From a virus: DNA of 64,000 bases. Location: the IMG/VR virus record IMGVR_UViG_3300009071_000006; one strand, written 5' to 3'. Below, piece after piece: positions 59,215 through 64,000 of the stretch. How positions within the stretch are numbered: position 1 is the stretch's first letter; every line of letters begins with the position of its first letter. Below the pieces are notes generated by a model. It searched no databases. It was not told the DNA's origin and saw only the letters and a program-made list of their open reading frames with translations. Both the position numbers and the translations under genes were made by a program.

Positions 59215-60963
59215 TTAATCTTCCTCGTATAGGCTATCATTGTATCCTCTATTGCCTGACAGTCTGTATGTTGCCGAAACTTTATACCCTGATTCAAAGT
59301 CTGTTGAAACCATCTCCCACTTAACATCTATAAGCAACCAATTTCTTACCCCTGCTGACCTTACTGCACTTTTTACTCTAGGTGGAGATGGATCATCAGA
59401 TTCAGGTTCTTTTATATAGCCTATTTTTTTTAATATATCAATAGATTGACTTACATCTGTGAAGTATTTTTCTTCTGTCCATTCTACTCCTGCTTCTACA
59501 TAGCTTTCTGTTTTTGCCATTGCATTGGGCATATGATCGTCAAGGATTTGATCGCTATCTAGTTTTGTCTTCCACCATGATTGAGAGTCTGAATCTTCAG
59601 GGACAAATGCAGAAAAATTTTGAAATGCTCCTTTCTCATTAAAGTTTGCTCCGTTTTTTGGCTCTTCTAATGTGCCTCCAATTACATCCCCCGAAGAGCC
59701 TCCTTCGTGGAAATTAGGGTGTGCATCAATAGGTTCTATTTGTGTGCTTACTCCCATATTTGGCTTCCATTCTCCTTCTTCTTGAACTCCCGCAAATCTT
59801 ATTTCTACTTGCTCTATTCCTCCTTCTAGCCCTGTTATGGTTACTTGCCTTGCACTTAAAAAAGAATATGGATGAGTATTATTTCCTGTAATCCAATCTT
59901 TTCCTAGCCTCATTCCTTCCCCTGCCTCTACTATATATGTATAACTTCCATTGACGTGCTTATCTTCATCAATCTCATATGTGGAATCTTTTGGCGGGTC
60001 TGAAAGGGATTGAAACTCTCCTGCCATTTTTATTCTTTCATCATTTAAATCTGCTACCGCTGATGTACCCTGACCATATGCTTGCGGGTTTCTTTGCGTA
60101 GCACCAACTGCATCTTTTCCTTTTTGATAAACAAGCTCATTCCATCCGTATATTCCACTAAGCCTCCATTTTCGCGTGAGTATCCCACCTTCTCCCTTAG
60201 GAGTGTAATCTGACGAAACTAAAAGCCAATCTGCCTCATCGTAATCTGATGGTAAAAAATCAGGAATGTCTTTTGTTTTACCTGATGGGGAAATCATCCT
60301 ATCAGGAACTGAGTTAAATCTTTCCCCTAAATTATCTATTAAGTTTTGTGTTGCTGACTGTGTTAATCCATCACCTAATGTTCTCTGCTCAACAAAAACT
60401 ATTTCAGGTCTCAGGTATTGCTCTAAGCCAACTAATGAGTCTGTTTGTCTTCCATTGTTGTCAGTTCCTGTAGTGACAAACCCTTGAAAACTTGCAGAAA
60501 GATCATTTGTATCTGAAAATACTGCTCCTGTATTAGGTACATATCCTATATTTTCATCCATATCGCTAGGCTTCCCTGCTATCTCCGCAAATCTTGGATG
60601 AGTATCTATTGGCTCTTCTGTTAAACTCATCTCTATTGAGCATTTTGAGGCTTCTACATTTTTAAACACTCCTTTATAGGAACAGGTAATAAAAGAAATT
60701 CCAACTTGATGACTAACGCTTGCTTTTTCACAAATTAACCAATCTGCATAGTAGTGCTTTTCTCCTATTGCTTTTAAAGCTAGGTCGTCTGCTTTTTCAT
60801 TTATATTCCCTGATCCTTGCCCGTCTGCTCTTCTTACTGCAAAAGTGTTTGTTGCTTCTGTAGCCCCAAACTCACCCATTTGAATCATCCACCCTGCTTG
60901 AAGTATTCCTTCATCTTCAAAATTCGCTGAATAACCTCCTCCTGCAAACTTTTGTCCGCTCAT
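59215..60963 (-). CDS. Tail/baseplate-associated protein (582 aa) with an internal duplication
   Basis: ORF track. Immediately downstream of the tape-measure-like gene. Repeated EPID(T/A)HP(R/N)F ... GA.F ... F.(G/A)FV segments. Confidence 0.55.
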   Translation of the reverse strand: MSGQKFAGGGYSANFEDEGILQAGWMIQMGEFGATEATNTFAVRRADGQGSGNINEKADDLALKAIGEKHYYADWLICEKASVSHQVGISFITCSYKGVFKNVEASKCSIEMSLTEEPIDTHPRFAEIAGKPSDMDENIGYVPNTGAVFSDTNDLSASFQGFVTTGTDNNGRQTDSLVGLEQYLRPEIVFVEQRTLGDGLTQSATQNLIDNLGERFNSVPDRMISPSGKTKDIPDFLPSDYDEADWLLVSSDYTPKGEGGILTRKWRLSGIYGWNELVYQKGKDAVGATQRNPQAYGQGTSAVADLNDERIKMAGEFQSLSDPPKDSTYEIDEDKHVNGSYTYIVEAGEGMRLGKDWITGNNTHPYSFLSARQVTITGLEGGIEQVEIRFAGVQEEGEWKPNMGVSTQIEPIDAHPNFHEGGSSGDVIGGTLEEPKNGANFNEKGAFQNFSAFVPEDSDSQSWWKTKLDSDQILDDHMPNAMAKTESYVEAGVEWTEEKYFTDVSQSIDILKKIGYIKEPESDDPSPPRVKSAVRSAGVRNWLLIDVKWEMVSTDFESGYKVSATYRLSGNRGYNDSLYEED

Positions 60964-63900
60964 AACTCAGTTCCTGTTATCAGGTTTGTTCCGCTTGAAA
61001 CATTTTGTTGCTGTGCTAGTTGACCGCTTATTTTTGTTAACAATCTGTTAGTTTCATTAATTCGATCATCTCCCCCAACTACAGATTCACTACCTGTGGG
61101 AATAGGTGGAGGTGTCGTTACTTCACCTTCAAACATTCCTGCGGGAGGCGGTGGCAAAGGTGGAGGTGGCATTAATGTAGGGATAGATTTAGGTTCAGAT
61201 GTATCAACAGTTTCACTTGTGCCAACTTCTGTTTTAGAGGCTCTATTTTCTTCAGTTAACTCAGATGGGTCAGGAAGTTGAAATCTTGCTCCATTTCCTT
61301 GCTCCACTCCTTCAGGCATATCCGCTAATGGAGGAAGTGGAGGAAATAAATCCGCAGGAACATCATCTAAACCTTCAGGTAATGGAGGTATTTTACCTAG
61401 TTCATCTTGGAAGTTTTCGTCTTGTATGTCAGGCAAAGGAGGTAACTTAATTGGATCATCTATATTAGGTTCTTCAATTGCCCCTTCTTTTATTGCTTCC
61501 TCTTTTAGGTCTCCCATTTCTCCTAGATCAGGAAGCTCATCTAAGCCTAATGCGAGGTCTGATCCTTTTGCTTTATCTAATGCATTATTAACTCTTTCTT
61601 CAGCTAAAATTTTATTTGCATCATGAAAGTCTAATTCATTAGCTAGTCTGTCTGCCAACATTTCCGCGCCTTGATCCATGTTTCCAATCATGCCTTCAAA
61701 TACGCTTCTTATTTCGTCAGGGTCTATTCCCTCCATAGGGTTTTCGTTTTTGTCACGAATCGTTTCAAATATAGTATCTGCCCTACGTTTCTGCTCGGGT
61801 AAGTCGTGTAGTCCTCCAACCATTCCTCCTTTTAGTGCATTGAACTGATCCTGCACTCCTGCATCTTGAAATTGTGGTGCTTTAGAAGCCTCTGATTTAA
61901 GTAGGTTAATAATGCCCTTATCTGCATCCTCTGCTTCAAGTTTCTTAATTGCAATTATTTGGTTTTTCGCATCGAACTTTTTAAAGTCGTTTACTAGTTT
62001 TTCTACTTGATCGTTATTAATTGCCTTTGGCGCTTCTGCACGCATTTCTGCCTGACCTATGTTTGCGAGGTTTTGCAAGTTTGCAACTTCTGCTAAATCT
62101 GCGTCTTGGTCTTCTTGTGCTAATAATGCACCAATATTCTTTAACGCTTTTTTTCCTTCATCTGCATCTAAACCTATGCCTCCTGCTTTTTTCTGATCAA
62201 CAAGCTCTTTAATTCTTCCTGCTCCCGCAAGTAAGCCTTTTTGATCTTTTATGTCTAACTCCTTAAAGTTAGCTACACCAAATTCATCTTTAGCTATTTC
62301 GTTTAGAACTCTGAGCATTTCTTCATTGATATTTCTTATATCAACCTGAACATCTTTTTTTGTTCCTGCTCCTCGCCCTACTCCACCGCCACCTCCTATT
62401 TTTGCTAGAGATGAAACCCCTGCTTCTCTATCGCCCCCTTTATCTCCTCCTTCTTTTTCTTCTGCTTTTCCTAAAGCGTTCTGAATGAACTCATTTGCTT
62501 GATCCTGCCTACCTTCTCTTTCTTTTTTAAATTTATCTAGTTCTTCTGCAAATGATTTAATTGCTTTATCTACTTGCTCTGCAAATTTAACCTGTTGAAA
62601 AATTCTTTTTTGTTTTTCTATTAATGCCTCGTACTCCGCATTGCTTATTGCCCTAAGGTTGGCTTCATAGTCTGCTAATTCTTTCTTTTTCTGAGTTGCA
62701 TCTTTTGTGTCATCTTTATTTAACTCCGTTCTCTTTATTGCTACTTCTATCTCAGTTGATTTCTCAATTGCATTTTTTAATTTTCTTGCGAACCTTTCTA
62801 TCTGTGCCTCTCCCTCTTTAATCTCTTTTGCTAAATCTATATCTGCCTGTGTTACTCCCCCTGCTCCCATAGCTAGGTTAGCTTCCATTTCTTTTATTTT
62901 TCCTTCCGCTTGTATATCTGCAATGGTTTGCTTTTGCTTTTCTAGCTGTGTGTGCTGTTTTTCTAATTCCTGTGTTCTTTGCCTGTCTAAGTCCCCAAGT
63001 TCTATTGATGCTTCTACTAACTCATCTTGAGCCATCCCTTGTTTTGTCGTTTGCTGTCTTATCGCTTCTGCACTTAACGCAAGAGTTTTAAATATTTGAT
63101 CCAACTCTTCTGCATCTGCTGTTTTAATCAACTCCCTAAATGCGTGTTCAGAAGATGCCACTCCGTTTAATAAGGCTAGTCCAATTATATCTTCTGCATC
63201 ATTTGAGCCATTCCTAATGCTTTCTCTTAATGCTTCTCCTGCTGTCTTAAAACTTCCTCCTTGAGCAAAGTCATCCGCACCTTCTCCAAATGTTTTTGTT
63301 AGCGCCTGTCGTGTTTTTGCTAATCGCTCTATAGTTGATACTGCACGTGATGCTTCTGCTATGCGTTCTGAATGTAATCCTATTTCATCATCAACTTGAT
63401 CTTTAAATCCATCTAGACCTCGTATTGTAAATGAATCAACTGTACTAGTGTCCATTCCGTTTTCTAAGCCTAATTGGTTTAATACATTGCCTACTACTTT
63501 TAATGCATTACCGCTTTTTAATGCAGTTGTCGATGATACTTCAAGCTCTGCGTTTAATGACATAATTTCTAGTTTTGCTTTTGCTATATTAGCTTCAAGT
63601 GTGGCTAGTGGATTTTTACTTACGTCATTAAATTTTATAGTCGCCTGTAGGTCTTCTATGTCTCTTAATTTTTTTATTGAGGCTTCAAAAGCTTTTATAT
63701 CTCCTCCTGCATCTTTAATATCAGCCTTAATAAATTCAAATATTCCTGATCCTCCTGATTTAACACCTTGCATCTCTTGAAGGATCGCAAGTTGCGTTAC
63801 TGCTTTTTTAACTTGCCTACTAGCCCCTTCAGCACCTCCTGCTAATTTTAAAAGTCCTGCTCTTGTTTTTTGTACATTTTCTTCAAATTTAGGAAGTATT

Positions 63901-64000
63901 TTCTCTGCCCCTTCTAGTTCGCCACCTTCTATACCTACTTTTAGCATACCTGTAATGTTGGCAATTTTCGTAATGTCTCCCTTGCTTACTTCTCTTTGAA
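60960..64000 (-). CDS. Tape-measure-like protein (over 1010 aa), 5' end beyond right window edge
   Basis: The ORF track starts at the ATG at 63947, but the frame stays open to 64000 in my own reading. Long coiled-coil, a Gly-rich patch, and a C-terminal Pro-rich PPLP/PPPP repeats. Confidence 0.6.
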   Translation of the reverse strand, partial: QREVSKGDITKIANITGMLKVGIEGGELEGAEKILPKFEENVQKTRAGLLKLAGGAEGASRQVKKAVTQLAILQEMQGVKSGGSGIFEFIKADIKDAGGDIKAFEASIKKLRDIEDLQATIKFNDVSKNPLATLEANIAKAKLEIMSLNAELEVSSTTALKSGNALKVVGNVLNQLGLENGMDTSTVDSFTIRGLDGFKDQVDDEIGLHSERIAEASRAVSTIERLAKTRQALTKTFGEGADDFAQGGSFKTAGEALRESIRNGSNDAEDIIGLALLNGVASSEHAFRELIKTADAEELDQIFKTLALSAEAIRQQTTKQGMAQDELVEASIELGDLDRQRTQELEKQHTQLEKQKQTIADIQAEGKIKEMEANLAMGAGGVTQADIDLAKEIKEGEAQIERFARKLKNAIEKSTEIEVAIKRTELNKDDTKDATQKKKELADYEANLRAISNAEYEALIEKQKRIFQQVKFAEQVDKAIKSFAEELDKFKKEREGRQDQANEFIQNALGKAEEKEGGDKGGDREAGVSSLAKIGGGGGVGRGAGTKKDVQVDIRNINEEMLRVLNEIAKDEFGVANFKELDIKDQKGLLAGAGRIKELVDQKKAGGIGLDADEGKKALKNIGALLAQEDQDADLAEVANLQNLANIGQAEMRAEAPKAINNDQVEKLVNDFKKFDAKNQIIAIKKLEAEDADKGIINLLKSEASKAPQFQDAGVQDQFNALKGGMVGGLHDLPEQKRRADTIFETIRDKNENPMEGIDPDEIRSVFEGMIGNMDQGAEMLADRLANELDFHDANKILAEERVNNALDKAKGSDLALGLDELPDLGEMGDLKEEAIKEGAIEEPNIDDPIKLPPLPDIQDENFQDELGKIPPLPEGLDDVPADLFPPLPPLADMPEGVEQGNGARFQLPDPSELTEENRASKTEVGTSETVDTSEPKSIPTLMPPPPLPPPPAGMFEGEVTTPPPIPTGSESVVGGDDRINETNRLLTKISGQLAQQQNVSSGTNLITGTEL

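Noticed and set aside
59142-59327. 61-codon ORF overlapping the end of the 582-aa gene.
   Set aside because: It overlaps the upstream gene by more than 100 nt with no RBS. A different frame in the same gap gives a 25-aa TM peptide with a good Shine-Dalgarno and an ATGA overlap, which I prefer.
1-64000. CRISPR arrays, rRNA, integrase/transposase or attachment sites, and toxin-antitoxin pairs.
   Set aside because: I saw no regularly spaced direct repeats, no rRNA-like conserved segments and no recombinase or transposase motifs (DDE, Tyr or Ser recombinase) in any ORF. Absence is judged by eye only.

Overview
AT-rich, tightly packed, almost entirely minus-strand sequence that reads as a segment of a tailed-phage (or prophage) genome. 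In minus-strand transcription order (right to left) it contains four blocks.

(1) Virion/tail module, 64000-42556: a tape-measure-like protein running off the right edge, four giant proteins of 582-1617 aa, a G-x-DG/LamG tail fibre, and an embedded glycosyltransferase-like gene.

(2) An overlapping operon, 42554-33529, dominated by carbohydrate-modifying enzymes. It holds 4 family-2 sulfotransferase paralogues (a 5th lies at 27981), tandem GT92-like, GT-A and fucosyltransferase-like glycosyltransferases, and 3 SAM methyltransferases.

(3) A mixed block: lipoprotein, gamma-glutamylcyclotransferase (GGCT), Cas4-like nuclease, many small genes, TerL, a sugar epimerase, four ParB-domain proteins (one fused to a DNA methylase) and a TerS-like protein.

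(4) An early/replication region with many small genes, each behind its own UP-element/TTGACA promoter: an amidoligase plus class-II amidotransferase pair, a C5-cytosine methylase, a metallophosphatase, an initiator-like protein and a primase-helicase running off the left edge.

The features that coding genes do not explain are:
- a ~1.2 kb ORF-free, GC-enriched, heavily base-paired transcription unit (about 10990-12180) ending in a tRNA-like T-arm/acceptor module;
- a second apparently non-coding unit next to it;
- a second ORF-poor island (18383-19609) holding the only plausible plus-strand gene;
- a strikingly fixed promoter-to-ATG geometry that implies leaderless mRNAs.

No rRNA, canonical tRNA, CRISPR array, transposase or integrase was recognised. 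All functional calls come from motif recognition by eye and need profile searches to confirm.
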